This document shows, piece after piece, positions 13,194-24,779 of a DNA stretch of 64,000 nucleotides. Below the pieces are notes generated by a model. It searched no databases. It was not told the DNA's origin and saw only the letters and a program-made list of their open reading frames with translations. The translations under genes and the position numbers were made by a program. How positions within the stretch are numbered: the stretch's first letter is position 1; every line of letters begins with the position of its first letter. This DNA comes from Podarcis erhardii (lineage: Eukaryota): the NCBI GenBank assembly GCA_964252035.1, contig OZ176200.1; one strand, given 5' to 3'.

Positions 13194-15850
13194 GGTTGCT
13201 CAGTATCTAGGCCCTGCATTACTTGTACCCACTGCCTTCTTACATCCAGGGCAGTTGCTTAGTAATAGCCCTCAAAATTTCACATGTGAACTAGCATTCG
13301 TTCTGTGGTGTTCCTTTCTGCAGGGGTGGATCTGCTCAGAAACTGGTGTCACAAAGGCTTTCATAATGGAGTGGTGACAGAATCCACAGTGATGGTAAGG
13401 GTGGGCCCTCTTTGCCTTTCCTCATACTTTAGATATGTTCTGCTTTTTCATGAGGGTGCCCATCAGAACTACTTGTTACTAATCAAGTGGCTCTATATTC
13501 GTGGTTGTCTTACTGCCTGAAGCACCTTCTCTTTGCTTCACTAAGTTTGAGGTATGCTGGGAGCTAAGAAAGGAACATTCACTAGCTGTCTAACTCTGCA
13601 CTCTCTCAACTTCAGTGGTCAATTCCAAGATCCCACCTCTATATGAAGAATGAACTCCCTGTGAATGGCTTGAGCAAGATGGAATTAGGCAGAACCAGGT
13701 GAGTTTGCGAGAACCAGCCACTGTTATATCTCAATAAATTTCCAGTTGGGGTTTGTCCATGATTTTTCATCCGTTCCCTTATAGTACAATTCTTTGCAAG
13801 TCTTCTCTGAAGTAATCCCCACTGCATTCAGTGGGATTTATTCCCAGGTGGTTGTGTGTAGGATTGTAGCCATGGTTAATATATTTTAATGCATGTTAAC
13901 CTTCTCATGAATACATGGAGAAAAAGGAAACTCTTCTTTGTTACTTATATGCCACCTTTACATTCCTTACTTCCCTCCCCTGATATATTACCCTTTTGAC
14001 AAGCGTGATCTTGACTGTTTATGTGCTACTTTCTGCCCCTGTTAGGATGTGCCAGATGATTAAATTAGAAGCATCTGCTTCTGGGTTTAAACTAACTGTG
14101 GTTAATCATTATATCCAGTAAGGGCAAACTATAGTTAGTTTCAACTTGGATTTTTCAGTGTGGTGCCCACTGAGGCACTCTGCAGTGGCTGTGAGACTTT
14201 TCTGCCATTCTGACTGCAACTCCTTCTTTTAAAAAAATCATGGAGGCTGGATACAGTGCCAATCTTAATTTTCCCTGAGTAGCCCTGAGCCCATGTATGG
14301 TCAGGCAGCTTCGATCATGTAGCTACAAGCTAGGATTTCGTGTTAAGTTCAAACCAGGCCGTTGTCTTAGCCTTTCTTATTTTTACTTCAGTATATATCT
14401 GACATAAATAATTATTTGTAGCATTTTTATACTAACCTATACTATTCTATACTAACCTAAGTATTCTGGGCAGTGTACTTTAAAAAAACATGTAAAATGT
14501 AAAAACAACATGAACACAAAATCACAAACAAAGCTAAATAAAATAAAATAAAACCAGCAACAGAGGAACCAGTAGTACCAAATGTCTAAAAAAAGTTTGA
14601 CCATGTTTTTAAGTAGGAGAGCCTAGGTGAATAAAAGGCCTTGACCTATGGCTACTGAAAAGTTGGCACCTGCCTCACCTCACCTCACTTGGCAGGGGTG
14701 GACTTTTAAAGATGATTTTCAGGTTGGGCTGTATATATGGGAGGAGATAGTCCTCCAGATAACCTAAAGGTAAAGGTAAAGGGACCCCTGACCATTGGGT
14801 CCAGTCGTGACAGACTCTGGGGTTGCGGTGCTCATCTCGCTTTATTGGCCCAGGGAGCCACCATTTGTCCGCAGACAGCTTCTGGGGCATGTGGCCAGCA
14901 TGACTAAGCCACTTCTGGTGAACCAGAGCAGTGCACGGAAATGCCGTTTACCTTCCCACCGGAGCGGTACCTATTTATCTACTTGCACTTTGACGTGCTT
15001 TCGAACTGCTAGGTTGGCAGGAGCAGGAGCCGAGCAACGGGAGCTCACCCCGTCGCAGGGATTCGAACCGCCGACCTTCTGATCGGCAAGTCCTAGGCTC
15101 TGTGGTTTAACCCACAGCGCCACCCGTGTCCTTCAGATAACCTAGCCCCAGGTTATTTAGGGCAGGAATGGAGAACCTGCAGCCTTCCAGAAGTTGTTGG
15201 CCTTCGTCTCATTCTAGCCAGCATGGCCCATGGTCAGGGATGATTGGTGTTCTAGTCCCAGAACATCTGGAGGGTCACAGATTCTCCATCTCTGTTTTAG
15301 GGCTTGAAAAGTTAATACTTACACTTTGAATTGTCCCCTGGAATAGATTAGAAGCCAGTGTAGATAACAAAGCACAGGCATGATTTAATTTTTCAGCCAC
15401 TTCCTGTTAACAATCTCGCTGCCCTGTTTTGGAGCAGCTGAAGTTTCTAGACTGTTTTCAAGGCAGCCCGAGGTACAGCACATTGTGGTAATCAGGCCTA
15501 GGCAGTGGTGAGCCATAAGCCCTAAATCCTTCTTTCTCATCAAATACAGGGATGACACAGTGGTAATAGAAAGACTGCCATTTCCTTCAGATGGGTGAAA
15601 ATGATATGCTATGGAAGTGGTTCTCTCTGTGTGTGCTCTATTCTGTGCTGCAAGACAGATCTGCCTCTCTCTCAGGTTCTGTCTTTTTCCCAACAGCAAA
15701 ATCCTTGTCCAGCGAGATGGGGAGGAGCCAGTCCGAAGCTCTGAGCCAAACCCCTGCACTCAAAGCTTACCTCAGATTAAATACACAGCTGGAAGTCTCA
15801 AGAAACCCACAATCCCTCGGACCCTCAGCAACTCAAGCCTAGTGAAGTGA
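612..15850 (+). CDS. TTLL4: Tubulin monoglutamylase/polyglutamylase TTLL4, 5'-partial (N-terminal exons lie upstream of the window)
   Basis: GT-AG, phase-compatible exons: 612-733, 2638-2701, 3097-3221, 4349-4459, 5386-5462, 5931-6125, 7412-7494, 7898-8026, 8752-8874, 9207-9305, 9746-9880, 10310-10447, 11183-11285, 12484-12694, 13324-13394, 13616-13698, 15697-15850 (TGA). Translation has TTLL4 signatures [75 protein letters not shown] and [25 protein letters not shown]. The last exon is less certain (TQSLPQIKY resembles human TQTLPVIKC). Confidence 0.96.
1145..1401 (+). mobile_element. CR1 LINE 3' end fragment
   Basis: Encodes a CR1 ORF2-like tail (approximately [29 protein letters not shown]) followed by the CR1 3' UTR and a ttctatgattctatgat microsatellite tail. 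Confidence 0.85.
11888..12093 (+). mobile_element. Tc1/pogo (Tigger-like) MITE, copy 1
   Basis: Terminal inverted repeat CAGTGGTACC..GGTTA / TAACCCGAGGTACCACTG, flanked by TA on both sides. Confidence 0.88.
13153..13189. repeat. (GT)n microsatellite
   Basis: Directly visible pure GT run in a TTLL4 intron. Confidence 0.95.
14767..15133 (-). mobile_element. Sauria SINE, full length
   Basis: The reverse strand shows a tRNA-like head (GGTGGCGCTGTGG...GGTTCGAATCC), the Sauria body and an (ACCTTT)n tail. Target-site duplication cagataaccta at 14756-14766 and 15134-15144. Confidence 0.92.
15157..15295. mobile_element. Older palindromic hAT-type MITE, representative of degenerate copies near 23640, 30470, 31610, 32000, 36400, 42230 and 58480
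   Basis: Shared hairpin layout: ccttccagatgt..actacaa.tcccatca..ccagcatggccaatggtcagggatgatggg..acatctggaggg..cagg. Confidence 0.6.
15390..15560 (-). mobile_element. Old L2-type LINE reverse transcriptase fragment
   Basis: The reverse strand reads, with frameshift, [26 protein letters not shown], the typical C-terminal motif of L2-clade RT. Confidence 0.65.
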
Positions 15851-18800
15851 CGGGGGACTGAGTGAGTGGCCAACTTCCCCTTCCTTATGGTCTCAGGAGG
15901 GGGCGTACGTGACCTACCTCAACGGAAGCTAGGAGAGCCAGCATGGAAGGATGGGAGGACCTTTCGTCCGGCACACCCACGTAGAACTATTTTTTTGGAA
16001 AGGGAATTGGGTCGAAGAGGAGATGTTTAACTTGGTTAAAAGGGACAAATGCTCTGTTTATAGTTTTTTTTTTATGACAAAGGAAGTTGCTAAACACAGA
16101 AGCTTGGAAAACCTATTTAACTTTTAGTGTGAGTTCCTTATAGTTTATTGACCTTGCCATGATCGTCACCACTTGAGCCATAAGTGCCTCTCGCTGTTAA
16201 GTGCCGACATACTAGGTTTCGCCAGACACTGACAACCTCAATGACCATTTGTGAAATGAGCTGCTACCATGAGGCAATTGCATGTTTGCAATTGACATAA
16301 TAACCCATGTATTCACAACATGACACAAATTCCTTATTAGCTGAACAGATGGGAAAACAAACTTAAGAATGGCTTAACACCAGTAAATCAGGCAGATTTT
16401 TTCATAAACTCTCTGGTGCATGGCCATAAGAGAAATAGGCTTAAACAGTGAGGGAGGTGGTGGGGAGTCCAAGAATATTCTTATTCTCTAGGTACACACC
16501 CATGTTTACTTAGTTCCTGGGTACAGATTTCCTGATGGACTTTAGTTATGGAAGGTATTTTCTACTTACTTTTTACTCGGGAGAAGCAGATTTTGCAGTG
16601 TGCTGGTCCAAAGCACAAATGTGTAGCTTAAGCACTGGTGGTGGTTTCTTAAGACAGGAGGAGCATCTCCTTTCGGTTTTAGCTTTGTGCTGGGACTCAG
16701 AAAAAGGTGTGCTAAGGTGGCTGCTTCTTGTTCCTCTCTGGTTTAGGGTCAGGTGGTTATCTGTGCTAATCCTCCTAGCATTCATATACACCCTAGAACA
16801 CTCTCCAGTTCTTTACCCCTAAAGAAGACTATAATTTAGCCCAAGTGGTGCTTGGCTGTATAATTCTTGCTTTAAGTACTGCAGCCTCAGTCAGTGTTAT
16901 TTCTGATCAGTCAGTGCCTTCTCCCTGCTGCTGGAGAATTCTGCCTTTTCTCCACTTGTTATACTTTACTCCTAATCTGAATCTGGTACTGGATCCCAGC
17001 TTTGGGTACACTTTTCAGTTGTGTGCGTATGTCCGGAATGTGTTGGTAAACTTGCACTTACAGCCAGCAAGGGCCATTTGCTGTCCTGATCCCTGGGCAC
17101 TGATAGATGCATCTGTTGCTCTACTTGACTCCTGATACCTTGACACTTAGGAGCATTTCCTGCCTGTACTCAGACACCACGTGCAGGAAGCTGCAAAATT
17201 CTGAGCCTTGAGGGTGAACTCAACAACTTTGGCTGCAAGAAATATTTCTGCTTAATGAAGGATAGGAGTCCTTTTGTCTCATTTTACACACACACAATCA
17301 GATGCTATGGACAGCATGAGGCATGCAGGTCCCCTGATGCATCACTGTGCAGTCTTCTATTTTTTCCATGTAGCAGTAATGATATTCCAAATGCCTGTAT
17401 TTCTCACTATGGTGGTGAGATGTGCTTAGGTGGCTACTTGTGATATAAATGGCCAGTGCATCTCTCCAAATAGATTGCTTCTCCATTGGTCAGGGCAGTA
17501 TTTATGAATCACACAGTCCTGGAAATCTCCTGGATACAACTGGATACAGCAGCTGTAATCTAGAATATAGATGCAGTGTGCATTTATTGTTAAAGTGGTT
17601 CAAGTCATTGCAGAGGGATGTGAGATTCCCCAGAGCACACAACACCAAAGCAGCAGGGCACCTCTTTCTTACTACATCTATCATTTGCTTATCCTAAGTA
17701 ACCTCAGTGACTAAGCTCTTAAGAGCAGAAAAGCTGGGAAACATAGAGTTGGAAGCCAAGCCAGCCACACTGGATGTAGTTGTGCTTTCTCCTGGGGCCT
17801 TAGCAGTAGAAGCAGCAGCGCTCCTTGCATCATGCCAGGGAATGAGTTGCTAGAAATCATTTCAGAGTCTGCCTTGCAGACAGCGACTTACCTTGCATTT
17901 CTGTCTTACTTCACTGGCTGTATTAACACAGGTATCTATCTTGGCGAGACCTTTATTTCCATCCCCTTCAGATTCATCATAACTTCTCTCCAGCTTGGCT
18001 CTTCTCTTAGCCAGCTTGGATGTCGCTGAGGTTGGGGAGATAGAAGTGGAGACGGCTTGCTTCTTCCAGGTTCATACTCTATATGTTCCTTGCTACTAGC
18101 TTCATCAGTTGACAGTTATCAACCTTCCCTGCAAAACTTTGTAAACAGAGGGGAAGGGTGTGTTGCACTAATCTCTATTGCAAAACAGCTTTTTCTCCAA
18201 AAAGCCAACAGAAGACAGTCCAATCCTTTAGGAGACTTGAGTGTTGAATTTTTGTTTTAATTTCTTATGCCCTTTTTGCAAGCCAAGCCGGGCAGGTGCT
18301 GAGATCTTGGTGAGGTAGTGCATTAGCAAAAGGAGGGCAAGCCAATTTCTAGTAAGGTAATAAAACAAGGGTAGAGGGAGAGTTGGCTTCCTACTGCTAA
18401 CATCCTCAATATATGTTCAATTTTAACTTGGTTAAAACCTCTGTCCCTGTTTGCCTGGTATACAAAAATGAAGGCTTGCATTTTGAATCCTCTTTTAGGA
18501 ACCAGCCTATGTGTCCTAGCCCTGCAGTAGGTTTTATTTCACTGTCCCCTACTGAAAACTGAGTGTCATGTCCCTTCTTTGGGCTCTGTAGGAGGTTGGT
18601 GCCTAATGTGTCCCTCTCAAATCTCATAGCGACAATCTTCTGTGAACTAGCCTGACTCCTAGGATTGTATTGAATGACCTAAAAGAGCTAGCTGTGTAGA
18701 AGTGTGAAAGTGGAGAGGCCTCTTCGAGTGTCCTAAAGAATTCTCCCAGCTGGCCGTCTCCCTGAGCCGCCTTATACTCTTGCCGCCACCACCACCCACC

Positions 18801-19046
18801 CTTCCTGACTTGAGTAATTACGAGCAAACAGGTGTTCAGCACTCCTCCAATGTGGTCTACACAGCTATCTCTGTTTCCTGGTATTAACAGGCATTGCTGG
18901 TTCTCTCCTTCCCCCATGCCCCATCAGTATTTGAACCTTAGGTGGGTACTACTCTGCACAAAATGTCATGGATCGCTCAATGTAAATTGGTGGAACTCAA
19001 GAGATCTAAGGAAAAGGCATTGCATTTCTGGCCAAATATCACCCTT

Positions 19047-19219
19047 CAGCTCAGTGGTAGAGCATATGCATATGCTTTGCATGCACAAAATCCCAGGTTC
19101 CCAAATAAGGTGGAAAAGACTCATGGCTGAAACCTTGGAGAACCTCTGCCAAGTCACCATAAACGGTGCTGAGGTAGATGGACCAATGGTCTGACTCAGT
19201 ATAAGGTAACTTCCTATGT
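19047..19219 (+). mobile_element. tRNA-derived squamate SINE (Squam2-like); related copies at about 22800-22890, 32185-32350 and 55927-56104
   Basis: A-box-like head agctcagtggtagagca, a B-box-like segment, and a shared tail agatggaccaatggtctgactcagtataagg..cttcctatg. The family name is from memory. Confidence 0.65.
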
Positions 19220-22200
19220 AGTGCTTTGTAATGAACTTATTTCCTTGTCCTGGTGGTTTTCTTTTCCCCTAAAGCAAACTATTGCAGTAAATAGCAGCCT
19301 CATTGGTTGGTTTTATCTTGCTAAGGTGGATCCTCCAAGCAGTGTGCTATAGAGCTTGATACTGAGAGGAACAAAAAGATGTGCTATGACTTGTGAGGAG
19401 CCACCCTATGCAGAAGGGCATAGAATTCTGCCCAAGTGTTTCAGGAATGGTAGAAGATTGCTCTGGGATAGAGGAGAAGCCATCCCAGCACCTTCCACAT
19501 TTCGGGATTTGAAGCTCGAGTAGCTGCTTTCTCAACTTGCTCAACACAACTATCTTCTTCAGATGGATTTATTCTGTTCAGAGTGAAATGTCAGTGGTCA
19601 ATTTATTGCTGCACAGAGGGCACTAGTGGTTGTTTGGGTCTTCTGAAGTGTGCATCGGAAAGATCCAGAGGAGGATATACATTTTCAAAAGGATGCCATG
19701 AGTCCAATTTAACTCACACTGCTAAATTAAAGATATTTTTTTAAAAAATAATAATAAAGGATTCAAGTGCAAGTATGTGGTCATGACTGTCGTGATATAA
19801 CTCGGGTGGCAGTAAAGGTAATGTTGGGTGCTTTAGGGATTTTTGAGTCTAGGTGAGCCCTGCTCCTCTAAGCTACCACTAAGCAGGTTTGCTTATCTAA
19901 GAAATACCGTACAAGCAAATTTTCTCCAGGTTGGTATTTAGACTCTGGAAAGCCATGTGAGTTTCTGCTGTCAATACCAAATTCTTGAGAGAGGAAGAGG
20001 AGAACAAATATCAACCTCTGTAGTGTGATTGCCTCACTTCACCTAAATTTCTTATACAAGGCCCAATTATAGTGAATCTAATAAACTGACTGAGGTTAAA
20101 AAAAAGTGGGAAGAAAGTGTGGAGCAAATACACTGCTAGATAAACTTCCTAGAATCTGGCCCATTTTGCTATGGCTTAACACAAATGAGCAAATGGGCAT
20201 GTTCCTGGAGAGAAGATTGTGGCCTTTTTCCTGCTCCTCGGGTCCTGGTGCCGCTGCACTGATTTGAGCTAACCTACAGTTTGGCTTAGTGATGCATCCA
20301 AACCACAGCTTGTGGTTTATATTGCTCCAAACAGACCATGAGCTCTTGGCAATGTTTGTGGCTTACCACTCATGGTTTGTCTGGAGTGAGAGGAACAATG
20401 AGCCCAGACACAGAAGTAATGCTAAGCCAAACTGTGGCTTAGCTCACAGCAGCTTGGCTGCAGTAGCAGCTATGGAGGAGTGCTACTCCATAGTTTGACT
20501 TAGCATGGCATGAAAACTGGGTCTGTCATAAATCATAGCTTTTCTGCTCTGCAAGCAAAGAAAACTGGTTTGATTTTTTTTGCTCAGCATGGGAGGTAGG
20601 AATAGCATATGTGTGCTATTCCAGGCAGATATGCAGTTGTAATATATCTGATTTGCTTAAGCTGCCATAATGTCATGTGGGCAAATCTAATTAATCTTTT
20701 ATTGCCTAGCAAAAAACAACCACCTTACAGTCTTTCAGAGATATCCAAACAGAATCTGTAATTCACATAAAACTATCCTGTCAATTAGATTCCTAATCTC
20801 TGGGATTTGTGGCCACACTTCCTTTAAAACAGCTACTTTAAAAGTTACAGACTCAGCAGTATTACTAAGCAAATACGTAGATAAGTTTAAACAAGCCAAC
20901 CAGCCACTTTAGCCAGGTATGTAGCCAGCAGTGCATCTCCTGGAAATATATACAAGGTGCAGTAGTTCATAAAACACAGTTACACTGATGGATGTGTCCA
21001 CTGGTTGAAGGCAGAGCTCCAAAAGCTGCTTTAGTGTTGAAGGTTTTTAAATCCAAGAGATAGTTTACTGGCATATCTGGATAAATACGTGAGATTTTAG
21101 AAGAAGAATGTGAGGTTTGAGAAATCTGACAGCTCTCCAGAGTTTCTTGCTGCTTAATATGTCCAGCTAAGTTTCAAAATTGCCCTGGCTTTCAATAAAC
21201 CTTGATTTCATATGAGCACTTTAGCAAAGCCACCATTATTCAGGATATTGTTGAAGTGCGGTAATCCATAACTATCTTCCTATGGTCACCATACCTCTTA
21301 TGCAGAGTTTGTGTAGAAGCAGCATATGCATTCCAGTCTTAAATATCATAGCTATACTCTTATGGTTTGCTTTCTGTTTTGCTGTCACCCTATAAAACAA
21401 GGAGAAATTGCTCTGGTTTCAAAGAGTAGAGCACCATTAATCAAGTCCTCCAGCTCCTTTATATCTTGAAATAGGAGTAATTGCTTTTGAGGTGGGCACC
21501 TTGAGGCAAGCAAGTTGGTTTAGAGGCCCAGAACATCTCTAGCAATACATGTCAACTCAAAATTGAGTATCTTCAAGACCGGCCACTCTCAGGTAAGAGT
21601 ATAAACTAAACAAAAGGTCTCTAAGTAATTTTTGCTGTTTGATGGCCACTAACCGATATACAAACTTTCCTAAGGACTACAGTGGATGTGCGCTTCAAGG
21701 GGGAACAGCCACAGTTTTCTTCAGTATCCAAAGGGTCCTTGGTGCAACATGAAATCTGTTTTGGCAGCCAACAAAGTCTTCTCCAACATGCACATCTCCT
21801 GCTGCCACCAAGCCTGTATTTTTGGTGTGTATGCTGATCTATGATCAGATCTCCCACAATGCTTTTTTTTTTTTAAGTTACATTTTATAATGAGGAAAAG
21901 GCTGCTCAACACACTGCCTGGTGTTATTTGTCCACAAAGGGCAAATTTTACCCCTTTTAAACTGGATATTGCATTTTGTTGCATCTTTTCTTGGTCACAA
22001 TAAAGGTATTACCCTCCTGTTTTAATTTTTTGCTAGAGCACACACAGCTGCTATTCGGCTGCAAAGGAAATGCAGGCACCTCCACACTATTTTGCTTGCT
22101 CTGCAAAGTGTAAGGTTTTTAACTTTTATGTTTATATATTCCCTTTTGGAGCAAACGTTCCCCCTGCTAGGTTGAGAAAATCATCTTGATAAGAACAGGT

Positions 22201-22904
22201 TATCTATCCCCTGAAGTGTTGGGAGTTTTGACCAACCAGAGACACTGCCACAGCTGGCTTTCTGCTGGCAGTGGGCACCTGTAACCCATTTCCTTTCTTG
22301 CCAAGAGCCAATAAGGCCTGTGTCGCTGCGTTCAGGCTACAAGTAGTGGAGATAAACTCAGAGAGGAGGGGACAGCAACCATTCTCTTTTTAGGAGCCTG
22401 ACTCATTCTCCAGGAATTCTCCACAGCGGGGAGGAGAGGCCAATCCTAACTAGGTTATGTTTAGTATGTGTAGATGGGGAGGTGAAGACAGCAAGCACTT
22501 GCATCAAGATCAAGGCTCTGAGGCAGGACCAGAACTGCATGTAAAGATAAAAGGGGTGCCTGGTCATAGCTAGCCATAAGCAACAGGGGGAAACAACCTG
22601 CTTCAGGTGTTGCCAGAAGGGGGAACTGGCACTGGCCAAGACCAAGTTCTCCTTAATTTACTGTTTGTTTTTAAAAATGTATATTATCCGGCTTTTATTC
22701 CATGAATCCAAAGGGGCAAACTGCAAACAAAAGTAGGCAAAATGATTGGGAGCAACAAGTACTGCCAAATTCAAAACAAAACACCAGTAGTTTTACAGAG
22801 GGCTGGGAAATCCTGGAGAGCCACTGTCAACTACTGAGCTAGATGAACCAATGGTCTGACTTTGTGTAAGGCAGGTTCCTATGTTCTTATCAGAGTGCAG
22901 GAGG

Positions 22905-23010
22905 GGAAACCTGGGCCGTGAGTTTGAGCCCCACGTTGGGCAAAAGATTCCTGCATTGCAGGGGGTTGGACTGGATGACCCTCGAGCGCCCTTCCAACTC
23001 TACAATTCAA
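22905..23010 (+). mobile_element. Short SINE fragment with a CR1-derived 3' tail (Squam3-like)
   Basis: gagtttgagccccacgttgggc head followed by gcagggggttggactggatgaccctcgag..cccttccaactctacaattc, a CR1-type tail. Confidence 0.55.
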
Positions 23011-24779
23011 GTCAGAAATTGTTCTCCCGCTTAAGTAAGTTTAAATTGTTTTAGAGGGGGACTAGATAAATTCATGGAGGATAGATATGTGTATTGTACT
23101 AATGCTTCTGAAAGCCAATTGCTAGGGGCCACACAGGAGGAAAGTGCTATTGCACTCCTCTCGTGCTTGTACCTTTCCTAGAGAGGCTTGAGGCTGGCTG
23201 CTGTAAACAACAACAACACAGATGGACTCTTGGCCTAATCCAGCCAGGCTCTAGTTATGTTACTATGAACATCTATCTTCATGCTGCTCTATAAACTAAT
23301 AAGCTGTTTCATGCTGCCTTTATTGGGCAACCAAGCTGTATGCTAGTCCACATATAAGTTGTAAGGACTTTTAATTGCGGAGATTGGGTATAGTCCATTT
23401 TAGTGCTTCCAATCCCTGCAGCTAATCCCAGGGAAGGTCAATTTGCAGCCCATGGGTCACATCTGGCTTCTATCCAAACAGTCTTATCTCTACTGGTCTT
23501 GCTAAATTTTAATCAAGGTATGATAAACATTGTGCGCAGAGAGAAAATGTGTTTTAAATGAATGTGATGATGTCACATTTCACTGTTCTCTCCCTTCCTT
23601 TCCCAGGCTTCCTATGTTATGTCTTGCTTTACGTGCTGTGGGGGTAGCCAATGTGGTGCCTTCCAGATGTTCTGGACTTACAACCCCCATCATTCCTGAC
23701 TACTGGCACTATTTACTGGTGGCTGTCCCTTGCAGCAGATAATGCTGACCTTATTATGGTAGAGCCTGACAGCTTGTGAAGTGGTAGGATGGTGCAGTCA
23801 AGATACACACACACATCCCAGACCTGCAGTATAGGAAACAGAGTTACTCCCAATAATTCAAAATGGACAATACTGATCAATGAAACTCAGCCTGTGCTGT
23901 TGCCAGTGTGCAGGTGTCGGATCTGTATATATATATTACATTATTGGCTTCCTGTGTTTATCTGAGGACAGCCCTGACCAAAAGAATATCCCATTTTATT
24001 TAGGATGCTTCCTCGCTCACTGACAATTACAGCATCTATCTAGTATTGGAGGAACTATAATCTGCAGTCCTGTGCTTTTAACAACTGAAAGGCAATAATG
24101 GAACAAGTCAACACATGGTCTAAAATTATCTTGTAATGCATTTTCTACGATTCCAACTGAAGTTGTAATTGTGTGCACACTTTTACATTTTCTCCTGCCA
24201 TTTCAGGTAAGATACCTATCAAGCACTACTGAATCACAAGCTGCTTTGCTCCACAGAGATTCATGAGGGCTGCAAAGCAACTACATTGCTTCAGATAAAT
24301 GAGTTGGCTAGGTGAACATCCAGGAACAAGTGGCCTATTTTAAAAGTGTTATCATGGCCCAAACCATTTTGGAAATATATGAGCTCCTTTTCTCCAGATG
24401 CTTTTGTAAAGACAAACTTTACTAGCATTTTTAAAAAGAAGATTGGGAATATTATGTTGCTGCTGGAACATAGAAAGGGGATGAGTTTGTGGGTAAAAGG
24501 ATATGAGGGACTGGTGGGGAAAAGGCTGGAGGATTCATCTATTAAAATTACAATTTTTAACTTATATCCTGGATACTACAATAGGTTTTTTTTTTGCTTT
24601 TTTAATGCAACAGATGGAAGTTGCATTGCTTTCCAATCAGTACTCCTTGCGGGTGGGAGTGACTTCGCCAACTCAATGTCTGCCTACCTCTCAACTTTTA
24701 AAGGCATAGGGGCCTTCTGAAAGAAAGAAGCCCTCTGCAAGCGGGAAAAGTCTCTGCCCTGGGGAGCCAGGTTATAATG

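Noticed and set aside
13153-13377. ORFs beginning with CVCVCV or HTHTHT, and the poly-Ile ORF at 36734
   Set aside because: Translations of (GT)n and (AAT)n microsatellites.
20984-21076. Additional phase-compatible block (YASKLSLGFKNLQH*SSFW..) of the candidate pseudogene
   Set aside because: It would need a 44-nt intron, too short for a vertebrate, so it was left out of the model. It also shows how easily chance phase matches arise.
16570-21838. Selenocysteine or stop read-through as an explanation for the in-frame stops
   Set aside because: The stops are a mix of TAA, TAG and TGA and one exon needs frameshifts, which fits decay and not recoding.
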